Shown: positions 36,278-49,544 of the stretch, in pieces
Position numbering within the stretch: the stretch's first letter is position 1
Layout of the letters: every line of letters begins with the position of its first letter
Source of the DNA: Psilocybe cubensis
Lineage: Eukaryota
DNA length: 64,000 nucleotides
Assembly: GCA_017499595.2 (NCBI GenBank)
Contig: CM039006.1
Span: forward strand, 2,480,001-2,544,000
Reading direction: 5' to 3'
Notes under the pieces: generated by a model
The model's input: only the letters and a program-made list of their open reading frames with translations
What the model was told of the DNA's origin: nothing
Database searches by the model: none
Translations under genes and position numbers: made by a program

Positions 36278-37123
36278 TATCTGGATGTCCGTCCGATGAA
36301 TTACAACTGGCAATGCAGCCCACTATTTATTAGCAAGAGAAAGTGTTATTAAATTATAACACCTATTTTCAGCGCCATTCATTCCGTTGCGTTGATTTCT
36401 TTTTTGCATAGACCTTCTGACCGTACGCACCCGTGCTTGCCATGACGTACGTTTGATTTGAACTATGAGTTTTCAATCGATTGTTGTAGCTAACACACCA
36501 TGAGGCCACTCTGGATTGCTTAATACGGAAGAAGGTATTGCAACTAATCATTATAAATATGGAAGCAATAAGAATATCTCTGAATGGTTGTGCTCAATTG
36601 TCAGCGGCTACATGTACAAGTCTATGTTATCGTGTAGTCTCCTTGCCAGATACACCACATTTAGTTCACCGTAGTACTAGGTATTATACTATCGCATAGC
36701 ACCAATGTTACCATAAATTGACGATAGAGATAATCACTTGACCGTTAAATTTCTGTGGCTTCAGGTGGCGTCATGATTGCAAAGAAAAACAGTTACTAAA
36801 ATACTAGCCATTCAAAAGTGGTTAGTCCAATGTCAATTTCCCGTCAACGTCGACCAATGGCTTCCGCTCTCCACGGATTAGTTCTCCACGGATTAATGTA
36901 ACTAGTACTATGTAGTTGTTATCTTTGGGCTGATTACGGATGTTTGTGCTATCTCCTATGAACTTGAACATTGAACACGACTGATATCAAATTTCGGCCT
37001 GTCTTCGGCCATCAATTTAAGCAATCGATGTGCTAAGAGGCACGGGTGAGCGTTCCGCACCTTTCTACACTATTATGTACTAAGTATCGGGGTTTGTCTA
37101 TCTAGGACTAACAACATTTGCCT

Positions 37124-38831
37124 ATGGCACCTTTACACCTTTCCACTATCCTCGCCCATACACCTTCAGCTCTTCTATCCCAAATATCGCGTATATCTTC
37201 CAAGTACGGCGGTCGCGGTCATGCCATCCTTTTTACGCTTTCGAATAACTTTGAAGCTGCTAGTGAGCTACAGAGTGTGGTCGATGGGTTGACGAGCTTG
37301 AGTAATTGTGGAGAGGATAAAGGACGGACGCTGGGCTGTTTGGTCGATTCAATTAGTTCCATGAGGCTCCCTGCGTCGAATTCTTCTCAAAAATCCAACA
37401 ACCCTGAATATACCAACAATATACTTTCCTGTTCAATCGGCGTGTTTGACTCCAGTCGCTGTGTTCCATTCTACTCAGAGCTTCGGGGGCGGACGCAACC
37501 TCAAGTTGGCCGGTGGCATGCGTTCAGAAAGAAAAATGTTCATAACGGTGACCCCAATTCAATATTCAACATCAAAGACAGCGATACGAACGAGTGGGAA
37601 CCGGATTGGGCCCTCACGTCCATGAACGGGGAACAAAAGGCGGGACAAGTAAACTGGGAAGATATCTGGAGCCGTTCGATTTCGAATACTTCATCGACCT
37701 CTGAACTGCTTCCGGATTCTTTGCGCGACATAGAGTGAGTCACTTCTTGTTGTTTGCTACCTACGCATTTGTGTTGCTGGTAGAATATTTAAACATCGCT
37801 ATGAATTTGCAGCCATACTAAAATCAAAACAGTCCTTTCATTATCGAATGTAAATCCCGATACCCTTACCCATGTACTCCACGATTCTCTACCCCAAGCA
37901 TCTGCTCTCACAGTGATCGCTTCCCCTACGCACTTCACGACTGGACGCCCTGTGACATTGTTTTTGGACGGGAAGATCCACGGGGAGGGCGCGGTGGGCC
38001 TAGCATTTTTAGATGATGACATGAAGAACAGGACAGAATTTATAGGCGTAAAGGCACTCTCAAAACCCATGACGATCACCAGGTTAGCCTTTATCTTAAA
38101 ATCCTCCATCCAGCAAGGATTTAGCTCATTATATATAGCCGTGAGGGTAACATGGTGAACGAACTAGATTCTTCCAATCCTACAAAGCTGCTTATTGCCT
38201 CGCTCGACTCGGCGGGACTGTCGCCTTCATCCCAACTTGGAACCTCTTCTTCCGTCCGGCATTTCAAAGACGGGGAACAGTTCGCTCTTGGGGTTCTCTC
38301 TGCTGACGGCAATGTATGGGTATCATTGTGTATATTATTTACATTACTTACTGTTCTTTCGAACATCCATGAAACAGTTGACAAGCACGTACAGAATTAC
38401 AGCCGGGGACCCTTCATCTCGAGGCGGGAGCCTTTCTCTCGACGCACACGCTGCGCCGGAGGTGGGTACCATCGTACAGGTATGTCGTCCAAAGTTCCGT
38501 CGTCGTCGCGCTAATTCCATCCATATATAAAAATCCGCATTCTTTGCTCTCGCAAATGAAGTTCCTACACTTTTCCTCTGGTCAGACAATCGACATGCCC
38601 TCTTCGTTCATCACCTCTCGCCATAAACATACGATCGCTGCGGTGACAGTGCCAGACCCACTTGAACTCAACCCAAGCTCACAGTCTTCGGAGCATGGCT
38701 CAGATTTTGTGCGCGTGATTGAGAACGCTTTCATTGTCCCATCTACTCAAGGTTTTGTATTTTCATCTGCACTCCATCCTATGTGGACATGCTCTCTTCC
38801 TGGAGGCTCAGTCGCATTGGAATGGATCTAG
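37124..38831 (+). CDS. Hypothetical protein, probably FIST-domain-like
   Basis: Spliced ORFs with PQVGRWHAFRK, PTHFTTGRPVTLF, GAVGLAF, ALSKPMTIT-EGNMVNELDSSNPTKLL; the last motif resembles FIST domains (recall, not searched). Confidence 0.6.
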
Positions 38832-38955
38832 CCCTGAACAAAACAAGTATAGTACAAGATTGGTATACATTTACAGATAGATCTGGTACATAAATCATGA
38901 CTAGTAGATCAAGACAGGATCTTATATCCTAAACAAACTTCTAATGGTTCTACTG

Positions 38956-40277
38956 TTACAGCGCACGGCGAAAGTCGTCTAAAAATGCTGCTCTTGGGCC
39001 ATTCACCTGGCTCTCGTCAGCAAAGAGATAGTTGAGCACTCCGGCAAGGCGAATACCGCCCTGAGCGAGCAGCTTCTCCACAATCATCTTCTTCTCGATA
39101 ACGCCCGCGTACTTGGGTGTGTCCAGGTCCAAAAGACGCGATTTCTCGCGTGGTGAAAGTTCGTCCCCGACCAGATCATAGCTGTCCTCGTGGTCGTGTT
39201 CGTCCTCATCATCCGCGGACTGATATTGGTTGTACGGAGGCTCATCGAGCTCTTTCGGCCACACGATTTCGCAGTTCAGCTTGTGAAGCGGTTGTGCCCA
39301 ATGGTAAGGGCATACGACGGGCCCGTCAGGGCTGATTTCCACGCCTTCGCTGATGAATGTCTGTACAATCCTGTTCGCGATCCCGTACGCTGTCTGCCAC
39401 ATGCCCAAGAAACCAGGGGTAGCGGCTGTGGAGCTGCTAGGTGTCGGGCAGCTCAGCCACGTTTCAAGGTCCTCCGCCCATGGGTGAAGTATGCCCTCCC
39501 AAAGTATTCTGCGGATATAGGAGTCGTAGATCGTGCCCCGCAGCGCCCGCTCGACTTCTGGGTACGGTAGGGGCCGCGAATAGTTCCTGGGTGTCGTACG
39601 CACCGCTTTCGCAATGAGAAACCCGTCCCATAATGAATGCAGATCTGCAAGCATAGGTCAGACGTTTGGCATGGAAGACGCGGGTTGTGTGGGCACGTAC
39701 TAGTCTGCCTCTGTCCAAACCGCACTCTCGCGCCATTCCCGCCCCGATCCCTGCCAGTTAGATGCAGCGGCTGGTGCATATCTCCCACAAAATGAATGAG
39801 AAACTTGAGCGCCTCGCTTGCCGTGCTGTCGCTCATGTCGTGGTCCACCCACTGCTGGAGCAAGGACGTCGTGTTCTTGACCGCGTCCAGGACGTTCGCG
39901 CCCTCCTTGCCTGCCCAGCCATGGGTGCCCGGGAACGCACAAGTGTCAGAGGGGTGGTCTCCAATCGCACCGACGTAGTGCAGCGTCGCGGACCAGCGCA
40001 TCTGGTTGCGGTGCTGGTCCGCCCATGTGGCGACGGAGGCGATGTGGCATCGGTTCCCCTTCAGATCGAGTATGTCGCACAGCGTCGGGAGGACGCTCGG
40101 GTGTAGGTACATCTGGGCAATTGTAGCAACGATTTCATGGCCTTCAAGAAGGTCTTGTTAGAGTATCTGCTGGACGACATTTGCGAGATAAGCACCTGCT
40201 GCACCCCATGCATGGCTCTCGGGGAGATAAGCCAATGCCCCAACGATGGCGGCGACTCTTGTCGACGAAATACGCAT
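38956..40277 (-). CDS. Secreted S1/P1 family nuclease
   Basis: Signal peptide then WGAA-GHEIVATIAQ, WAD, LHYV, ALKFLIHFVGDMHQPLH, DRGGN, LHSLWD, GGIRLAGVLN zinc-binding motifs. Confidence 0.95.
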
Positions 40278-41367
40278 TTCAGGGAGATGCTGGTCTGTGC
40301 TACCAGTCTAGCGTCGTCTTAAATAAAGTGGTGGTTAGGGGGCGAAAGAGAACAAAGGACAAGAACCGTGACAACCCTTAATTGATGACTCGGGCGCGAC
40401 TGGCTTTACGTCAGTTCAGGTGACTCTGCTCTGGGCATACTACGAGCTCTGAGTCGTCTTGATATGTTGAAATCCGACTGACAAAAATCCTGTAAGATAT
40501 AAGGATAGACAAATATTTTGAAAATGTGACATTTCAAATGTTTGAGTTGATAAAATCATCTACCAGAAGTTTCAGGAAGGTTTAGCCAGATTTCTGAGAT
40601 TTTCCCTTAGCCTTAGGAAATATTAAAACATTATAAGACTGTGTTATGTCGCGGACAGACATGGATTTGTCTGGAAATGATAAAAAAAAACCAAATGGCC
40701 ATTTACCTGAAATTGACGCACCCCACCCTTTGACTAGCACTCACACTTCGAAGTGAAGGTGAATGATAAAGTCGTGCGATTGCTTCATCACATTTTCTTC
40801 CGTCCCGAAATTAAAAATTGAATGTAAGCGGGTCAGTGGTGAACCAAGCAATTGAGGATGATCACTTAAAGATGCGTCGTACGTACCCCTCTGGGTTATC
40901 TATGGAGAACCGTGAAATCTCCCTGTAAAATTCGAATTTTGGATCCTTTGAAAGCCTCAATTCCCTGGGGGATTTGAATGTGCCTACCTATAGACTCCGA
41001 GCCAAAGATGACAAAAATGAAACGGCTGTACTTCGGATTGGAGAGAGAGAGAAGGTTCGGGGAGCAACCTTAACTGGTAGAGTAAATTTGGCAGTGGTAG
41101 GAGAGCACATTGTAGAACTAGAGATATCAGAGTTGAGAAACTCGAGAGGGGTGGAAAGAATATATTTGAATGTCGTTGCCAGGCCTTTACGCTAGATCTG
41201 TTTCTGATGGATTGTCTGTTTGACATGCTCAGGGCATCATTTGTGCCATGTGAGGTGTTAACTTCGTAACCTTTCTCAGCTCGTGCCGTTAGCGCTCGGC
41301 TAATAACACAGTGAAGTGGGGATGTGAGTGTACTTGCATCTCTCCCACCTTTTTCTTCGTGACGATA

Positions 41368-42971
41368 ATGTCTAGTACACGATGGATAGTCGTCGACGAC
41401 AGCAGCACCAGGATACAATACTTTGGCTCAAGCTGGTTCCAAAACACGGGAGATGGGAATTTAGGAAACTTTGGGCCAGCGCATGATAACACTTTACATG
41501 GAACGCAACAAAGCGCTAGCTTGGGGTTCACCTTCAGTGGTATGCAATTTCTGCTGCATATTAATATGCATTTAATTTACACACCTCGAGGCACCCAGGT
41601 TAGAGTTTATGGACTCAATAACATTACTGACGACTCTGGTGTCACTGACCCGAACTGGGAATGCTTCATCGACAATATCAGCATTGGAAGAAGCCTAGGT
41701 CCATCAACGCTAGTAGGAAACTACTGGACAATGTGCGAGCACCATCAGCTGGTCGATGGATTCCACTACCTAACGCTGAACGCAACGGTCGTAAAAGGGC
41801 AAACATGCTGGATAGACGAAATTCAATATATTTCTTCCTATATGGACATTGATTCACAGAATGCGGACATCTACGTGGACAATTTAGATCCTGCGTTTGA
41901 ATTCAGTCAAGGGTGGGGCGACTTCGAAGGCTTTGTTAATACAACAAATACAAATCATGCATCCGTGAGTTTTCCATTCACTGGTACGTGTATCAATACG
42001 AATTCTGGGATGGTTTGATCGTGATGAAATGACTGTGATAATCTCCAGGCGTCTCTGTTGAATGGTACGCGTATGTATCTTCAAGCCCCAGCATCCCGGC
42101 CAATGCAACCTATTCAGTGGACAACGAAGACCCGGTCACCTTTTTGATACGCGGCGATCCTCAAGCCAACAAATTCAACCAATTGCTGTTCAGAACGCGG
42201 CAATACACACCTGGTCCACACGTTCTCAGTGTCACATACCTAGGAGATTCAACGACAACTCCTCTCACATTGGATTGGCTAATCGTCCAAAATATCACGA
42301 ATCTGTTGAATAACAATGGAAATTCAAACCTGAACGAACCAGAATCACCGGCGCACTCTAAAGTTGGGCCCATCGTCGGTGGAGTTCTGGGTGGCCTTGT
42401 TATAATTGGGGTCATCACTGCTGCCCTGTTCTATACAAGAAGACGGAAGGCAAAGAAGCAGAAACAAGAAGAGGGAACATTGCTTGATATAGACGCAGAC
42501 GCTATGATTCAACCATTCAGACTCTCTCCAAGTGTCCCAACAGGCTCGGTTGGGAATAGCATTGGTACCTATCGCTTGCCCCAGATTAACATGGCGACAG
42601 CAAACTCCTCGAAGCTTAGCTTGGATCACAGTTTATTACAACCTTCAAGCGTAGCCACAGAGATTAAGGATACTCCCCTTGTGTCAACCGGACGCATAGA
42701 TCAACGAATGCCGACTGCACAAGGGCGCCTAGAAACACCGCAATTACCCTCGGTCAACGGTATTTCTAATAGCACTCCGAGCCAACCGTCTGGCACCTCT
42801 CTACGTCGACAAAACAGCTTACCAAGTGTGCCGGCGCCTAATGAACCGCAAGTTGCAATATCAAACTCCGGCACCCCTCGAATGATAGTGCACGAAGATA
42901 GTGGTCTTCGATTACAGCGGGAAAGTCACGGGAGTGTCCTTGAAGTGCCACCAATGTATACTGCTGGATAA
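41368..42971 (+). CDS. Single-pass membrane protein with duplicated beta-sandwich-like ectodomain and C-terminal PPxY motif
   Basis: Two related starts WIVVDDSSTRIQY / IYVDNLDPAFEF; TM VGPIVGGVLGGLVIIGVITAALFY followed by RRRK; tail IVHEDSGLRL...EVPPMYTAG*. Confidence 0.8.
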
Positions 42972-43798
42972 CATAGACTGAGTTTATGAAAGTTGTTCTC
43001 CAGCGATGGTTCATATATACCCTGCTTCAACGTATGTCTATATCTCTGGCTTTAGAATCGGGAACCTCGATTGCAGAAGTTAAGAGAACATGGTGCCCTT
43101 TGCTCTTCTCTACAACTAGTTTTCTCTCAAAGCGCCTCCACATGGATGTCGTGCATAAAAATAAACCGGGTCGTTGGCGCTTAGATAGGCATACAAATTA
43201 CTAGCGCACTTCATGGCATGAAACTCCGAGCTCACCGATGGGCGCCAGAGCGTTATACTGGGTCAGTCATCTCTTCAGTTCCTATCAAGGAGAGCTGTCG
43301 GTTCATGTCATCAACTGACGGTGACGGTGAGAAGCAATTTATATTTTTAAGTAGCTATGGCATTTTGATTAGAACATTGCTTGCCTGTGAAGCTATTTAT
43401 ATAAAAGAAAGATTATGCTAATGAGCTTAGATGCCGGTACATACACACTGTGTGTTCCAACATCTTGTTTCATTGGCCTTGGAAACAGCAGCCAACAACA
43501 ACAACAACTTGCCAACTGAAGGCGAGTCGAGGTAGGTTTATTGGCAAAGGTTACCGTGTGAAATTTCAATATTTCGTTCATTTTATATCTAGCAGCGTTG
43601 TGGGCAGTCTCAGGGCTCAAACCATGCTTTGAACGGGACGTACATGGAGTTTAGTTTAATGCTCGCTCAGGCACCAAAATTCGGAAGTTCCCTTGGTATT
43701 CCCACGATTTTCACACGTATTACGTACGCAAAGTCTTCCGCGTCTTGCTAACTGTTCCTTTAGAGCCTTGTCGACGTTATAAAAGTCGGACAATCATC

Positions 43799-44393
43799 AT
43801 GACCTCCTCATCGTCGTCAATGAATGCAGATGACTACCCCTCGTTACTCTGGATCACGTACGTTGACAAGAAATTCAATGGCATACCATGTTTAAACTGT
43901 CGAGCAGCCTTCCACCAATATTCCTCGTTGGAGCGTACTACGTGCGGAAATGGTACCTTGCAAGACGTTTGAGATTGTACGGTATAGGGAAAGGCGGTGA
44001 GCACCCTTTTCAGATACTCCAACACCATTTCGGGGGCTCAAGGTAGTCCACTATCCAGCCAAAGGGTTCCAGACCAACGTGCAGAGGGTACGCGTCACAC
44101 CTGAAATCGCAGCGCGCATTCGCAGGGGGGAGGACGTCAGCCCGGCAGAAATTGAAGCCGCTTCGCGCGCGGCGGACGAGCGAGAGGCTCGGGAAGGTTC
44201 AGCGGTGAAAACCAGCTCACCGGGTGCGCACGTCGGCGGGCTGCCCAGAGGTGTGATCGAGGAGAGGGACGATCGACATCTAAACGGCGTGGCTCCGAGT
44301 CCGAGCACGAGCGTCAAGGGAGATAATAGCGCCAACGAGTGGCTGCCTGAATCCATTACGAAGCCTAGTAAGAGAAAGAAGAGCCGGAGATAG
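43799..44393 (+). CDS. Small hypothetical protein (~177 aa), 2 exons
   Basis: A 61-nt GT-AG intron 43953-44013 joins ORF 43745 in frame to ORF 44079; CxxC motif (CLNC) and basic C-terminus KPSKRKKSRR; TATAAAA ~20 nt upstream of the ATG. Confidence 0.55.
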
Positions 44394-45012
44394 GTTATAG
44401 CCCTAAGCTGAGGTGAGGCAAGGTTCCGTCGGTACGGCGTAATTGCTGAAATATCTTTTTCAGTTTGTGTAATCACGTATATCTCGGAAGGATGCTTCCT
44501 CTATGTCCCTTCTGGTGTCTCTGAGCGATATACACTATGGGAGAAAAAGACCGCTGGATATGACGTGAACTTCGCAACTTCATTTAGAGATCTCTTCTTG
44601 CTTTCTGGAGTCCTTTGGCGCAGAATCCCTAGCCTCTGGTTTCCATTTGTCTCAGTCCACAGATACTCCGCACCGGATTCGTTGACTTGTCTAATCAGTG
44701 CTGTGGCTCCTTCGACTGTGTCAGATTCGTTTTCCCCTACAATCAAAGACACGGGTTAATTCTTTAGGGCCCACTTCAGGTCCTCCAACCAGCACGTCTT
44801 GAGGTCATTTCGTCCTACGACTATACATTATCTCAGGATAAACCACATCATCTAAAAGACCGTTGTCGAAACGGCTGATGGATCTCAGTGGCAAAACGCC
44901 ACTGATCTCACAGAATGATATTAAAGAATGCGGTGAAATTAACAAGATAATGTTTCAAGTAAGGCCTAGGTAAGTGGGGGTTGGAAAGAACGGTCTGATT
45001 TATACTTATAAG

Positions 45013-46607
45013 TTAATCCTTGGCCAAAATGTCGCTGCCATATGTGGTTGTCTGCGTGAACGCCTGCGCGTCGTCGGCCTCTAGATGATCGTGGTGGGTT
45101 GTCCTTGTGATGTGCACATTGGGACCACGGCCGTGGTTGCGGTCTGCGCCCACCTCATCACGTCTGCTTACTGTGTCTCGCATGTGGAGCAGGACACGAC
45201 TGGCAAGCGTGGAGTGTAGAGTTCTGCCCATACTGTGGGATGAGGGAAATGGTCAAACATCAGACTTGATCGTAAGTTGTACCAAATACATACGTTGCCA
45301 GGGATGAGCGAGTCGCGACCTGTCCAGTGGGCAATGTGTAAGTGTACAGTGGGATGGGAAGAAGAATATATACTGACGGGTAGGGAAACAGTAAAAATAA
45401 TGTTGAGAAGCGAGAAGACTGGGCATTTTTTTCGTTGGTTAATAATGGTTAGAGACGCTGGGGAGTAAGAAATCTCACTGAAAAGTGTGATATAGTAGAT
45501 CACTCCATCCCGGAAAACTACATTGGACAAACGAGAGTGACCCATTATCCCGTGGCGGTCTTGACGAAAGAATGCATCAGATGTGGCATTTACGACGTAA
45601 ACCAGTGGGAACTCACATAATTGTAGTCCAGGGATCACAACGAATACCAGGGAAACTGATTTTACAAAGCTAGGCATCAATAGACTGTATCGCATTGGTG
45701 ATATGAGACCGAACGTACGGGCATCGTAAACAAGAAGAGCCGCCCAAACGTATTCGAGATGAACAGCCTTTGCATTAATGGTTAAACAACCCACAAATCC
45801 AGGGTAAGGAGCACTCGTGTCTTGAAACCTATCAGCAAAGGTTTTGCTACCAATGAAAGGCGATGAACTCACATTTGGAATTCCGAATAGCAGAGGCCAT
45901 CGCAACCGTGCTTGGGACCCAAATGGCAATGACACATATTGGATAGACAATGAAGAAACGTCTGTCTTGATTCCACACCGCCCAGATACGCAGACTACAC
46001 AATGCTGAGGAGACCAAACGCGTTAGTCTCTCTGGCCTTCATAGTCCTAGGCACCTGGTTCGCTTACTTTCGGCGGCAATAATACCAACCATATATGACA
46101 CTAAAGTGCGATGGATGAAGTTGTGGAATACTGCATTTTCCAAGAAACCTCTCACCTCCCATCTGTGTAAACAAATTCCGACACGACTCAGCAGCCATGT
46201 CGCTCCCAAATTGAACTGAAATCAATTCCTTTGAACACCGAATCTTCAAAATGACAACTGGAAGACTTACGCTGGAATGCGGCATAGAAAGTATCGTAGA
46301 ATGTCAGATACCTCTGAAAGAGGTATAGGACCTTGATGTAGTTCCACTTCGATTTCCAGATCAACTCGACCTCCATTCCCAACGTAAGTACCCAATCGTA
46401 CACAAAGAACGTCCCGCCCGCCACTGTTTTGTCATTTAGTCATTGTCTGAACAGAAAATCTTAGAGAAACCGCTCACACAGGGCATACTAAAGTCGGCGT
46501 ACAGTTGAGTAGGTTGGATAGATATAAGTCAAGGAGCATGTTCTTACCCTAACGGTGTTTAGCCCTCTCACAACCTCAACTATAACCGCAGGACTTAATG
46601 TGGCCAT
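45013..46607 (-). CDS. DUF6533-type multi-pass membrane protein (Agaricomycete-expanded family)
   Basis: Signature FVYDWVLTLGMEVELIWKSKWNYIKVLYLFQRYL, VVFRDGVIYY, LHSTLASRVLLHMR; many short introns. Confidence 0.85.
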
Positions 46608-47718
46608 GTCGTTGGTCGTGACGGTTCGGTGTAGAGGTTGTCTTGTACTAAGGGGCTTACAAGAAACGGTTATGATAGATACCGGCCACTTTAGCAAGCC
46701 AGCCTTTGGTCTTTTTCGATCAGGAACTTCCAGGAGTGGTGTCCTGTGGTGTCCGATTAATTAATTTTTGTGGTCGATCGACGGGATCAGCGCCTACGCT
46801 ACTGCTTCCGGGATGCGGATCACAACAAGAAAACAACGGATTCCCACCACCCAAGCCTGTAAAGTTGTGTAACTAGTACCCTGTGATGTTTTTTGGGTCA
46901 TGTTACAAGCAGGACATTTGATTTCTAGGTTAGATTTGGAATAGTTTATCAGGATATTCAATAAATGTATATTGTTCTACAGTCTGGAATACTCACCCAA
47001 GTTTGTCGAAATTCTGGCATATGGGGCCATTATCTAAATTCGGAATAGCCGCTTCGCATGGACCTACATTTAGGCTATCTGCGCTCCGCTGACCGAAACG
47101 TGAAAAAAACGTGAAACTCGAAAACCTTCCTGAATATGGGGAGATGGAAGATGAGAGCAGGCGAGAACAAGCTACGGGAATCGAGATTTAAATATAATTC
47201 GCTGATTCTCCAAGTGTCAACTTTGCATGAAACTGAACTAAGAGAACTGATTGGGGTATCCATATATCCGTCGGTGGCTTTCCCAGTTTTTATCTGTCCG
47301 AAATATCACACCTTTCCAATCGTGATGACGCGATGTGGCGTTGAACTACGATAGGTCCCATGATTTCACAAAGCTGCTCGAGTCTTGTCCACGTCTTGTG
47401 TTCGCCAAATAAAGTGATATTGCTGGCTTTACTGTAACCGTTCGTTGCAAGTCGTTGCTCTTTGTCAACTTGTCTGAAGAGATAATTCTGTGGCAATTCC
47501 AGCATTTATGTAATATATAAACTGAACAGGGGCCAAAAAAATTTAGGTGATCAAAATTACTTATATTTAGCGCGAGCCATGACGATGCGTATTTATTTAG
47601 GCGGACTTGAGCCCCTCCTGGCCTCTCCTGGCCTCCTCCATCCGAACGAAACATTGGTTTTGCAGACTGATTAGCATCTGTTTTTTCTTCGATAAGCAGT
47701 GGGTTTGGAAATTTTAGG

Positions 47719-47849
47719 CGGTAGCAACTCACGATTTCCATTTTTGGTGCTTGTGACGACGTTTACCACGGTCACCCATCATCAGTCACATCGCCCAAAA
47801 TGTGTATTTTCTCCATTTATGGAAATCGTCAATCGTGACTTGCTTACCG
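47719..47849. repeat. Degenerate ~130-bp inverted repeat (old MITE remnant?)
   Basis: cggtagcaactcacgatttccat vs atggaaatcgtcaatcgtgacttgcttaccg, with an inner ttttgg..tgtgac / gtcaca..ccaaaa pair. Confidence 0.45.
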
Positions 47850-48433
47850 AACAGGGCCGGTTAAAGGAGGGAAGCCTTCATCAGTAGCTCTCAGTGAACT
47901 TAAAAGTTAAAACTTGAGCTTTATCTAGGTCTTCAGCGATTCAAATTCATTATTATATACGTCTGTATGCTTCATAGAATAGAACAGAGCTTGACGTTTA
48001 GTACACAGAGAATGTCATCTATATGTGCAATCCGCTTGAACAGTTCATGCCTATCAGGTATCATTTCAAATAACTTTCGAGATTGAGGTCCTTGATGCGT
48101 AGCGTCAGTGAACAGTAGAACGATAGATAATCGATCCAGTACTAGTGGACAAACGCTCCACAAATTTCTGATTTACTCCAAAGAGTAATTACAATAATGA
48201 TTCCACCTCATTCATCGTCGATCCACACAAAATGCAGAGATGGCGAAAACCTGCTCTGTCAGGATGCAGACAAGCGCGGACTTTTTGTAAATGATACGCA
48301 CAACACAACCAAAAGGCCAGCATCCATTGATTATATTCAAGTTCGAAAAAGTATAAATAAGTTTTGCCGTGCAATCCATGTTTTTCTCCGGTTAGAATTC
48401 ATGTATAGCAATGAACTATACACATAAATTAAC

Positions 48434-49099
48434 CACTGCGGGCGCCGACCGCTGTAAGTTAAACATACAGCAGAAAACTTACATGTCTTATGTAAGTTTC
48501 GCTGTAAGTTCAACATACAGCACACGTGTATGAAAAACAAACACTCGACAAAGACATATTGTGTTTGGTGGCTGTATGCCGACCAAACACAATTGCTGTA
48601 AGTAGACTGTAAATAGAATAAACAACTAAATTACACAAATTGTGTTTGTCCGGTGTTAGTAAAACATACACATTTTCTGTAAATGACACAAACAGCACTT
48701 TCTGTAAGTAAAATTTACACACAAAGAACACTATTTGTGTATGTCAGACTTACACCATTAAATGAATTGAAAAACTTGTGTAAGTATAACATACACAAAT
48801 TGTTTTCTTTGTGTGTAATTTTTACTTACAGTAAGTGCTGTTTGTATTACTTACAGAAAATGTGTATGGTTTACTAACACCGGACAAACACAATTTGTGT
48901 AATTTAGGTGTTTATTCTATTTACAGGCTACTTACAGCAATTGTGTTTGGTTGGCATACAGCCACCAAACACAATATGTCTTTGTTAAATTTTTGTTTTC
49001 CCGACACATATGCTGTAAGTTGAACATACACCTAAACTTACATAAGACATGTAAGTTTACTGCTGTATGTTTAACCTACAGCAGTCGGCGCCCGCAGTG
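48434..49099. mobile_element. 666-bp foldback MITE, family B (CACTGCGGGCGCCGAC termini)
   Basis: Imperfect arms of ~320 bp around a ~22-nt loop near 48756-48777; 3-bp TSD AAC at 48431-48433 and 49100-49102. Confidence 0.92.
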
Positions 49100-49101
49100 A
49101 A

Positions 49102-49314
49102 CACTGCTGGCGCTGATACATATTTGATAGAAAAATATGTATTGGTAATTATGTTTCCTGTTGGTTTTTGACGTATTTTTCTCGTATACAGAGTCCGGGG
49201 TTACCCAATTAGGGAAGCCCGAAGCCTATATTCAATAAAATACGTCAAAAAAATGTAGGAAACATAATTACTGGGTCTTATTTTCTTTGAAAATATGTAT
49301 GAGCGCCAGTGGTG
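49102..49314. mobile_element. MITE family A copy 3 (213 bp)
   Basis: Left ~150 bp nearly identical to copy 1; right arm shared with copy 2; TSD TAA recoverable once the family B insertion is removed. Confidence 0.9.
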
Positions 49315-49544
49315 TAATATCCTGTCGATTAGCTTAGCCTTGGAGCTTGGATTCTCATTTAGAACCCACTAGAGTCATCTCGACGCGCAACTCACTCCGA
49401 CTCCTACCATCCAACCAAACAATAGAAAAATAGAAAAAAAAGAGCAACAAAAAAACAACGAAAAAAAAGAAAACAAAATTAAAATATGACAAACAGAACT
49501 AGTACAAAAAAATTGAATTCCGAAAACAAATTCTATCACTCAAT

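Noticed and set aside
46700-48430. Short ORFs between the DUF6533 gene and MITE B
   Set aside because: No recognisable motifs or consistent splice model; could be a relic but is not supportable.
48337-49023. Similar ORFs on opposite strands (LLTPDKHNLCNL...)
   Set aside because: A consequence of the palindromic MITE, not genes.
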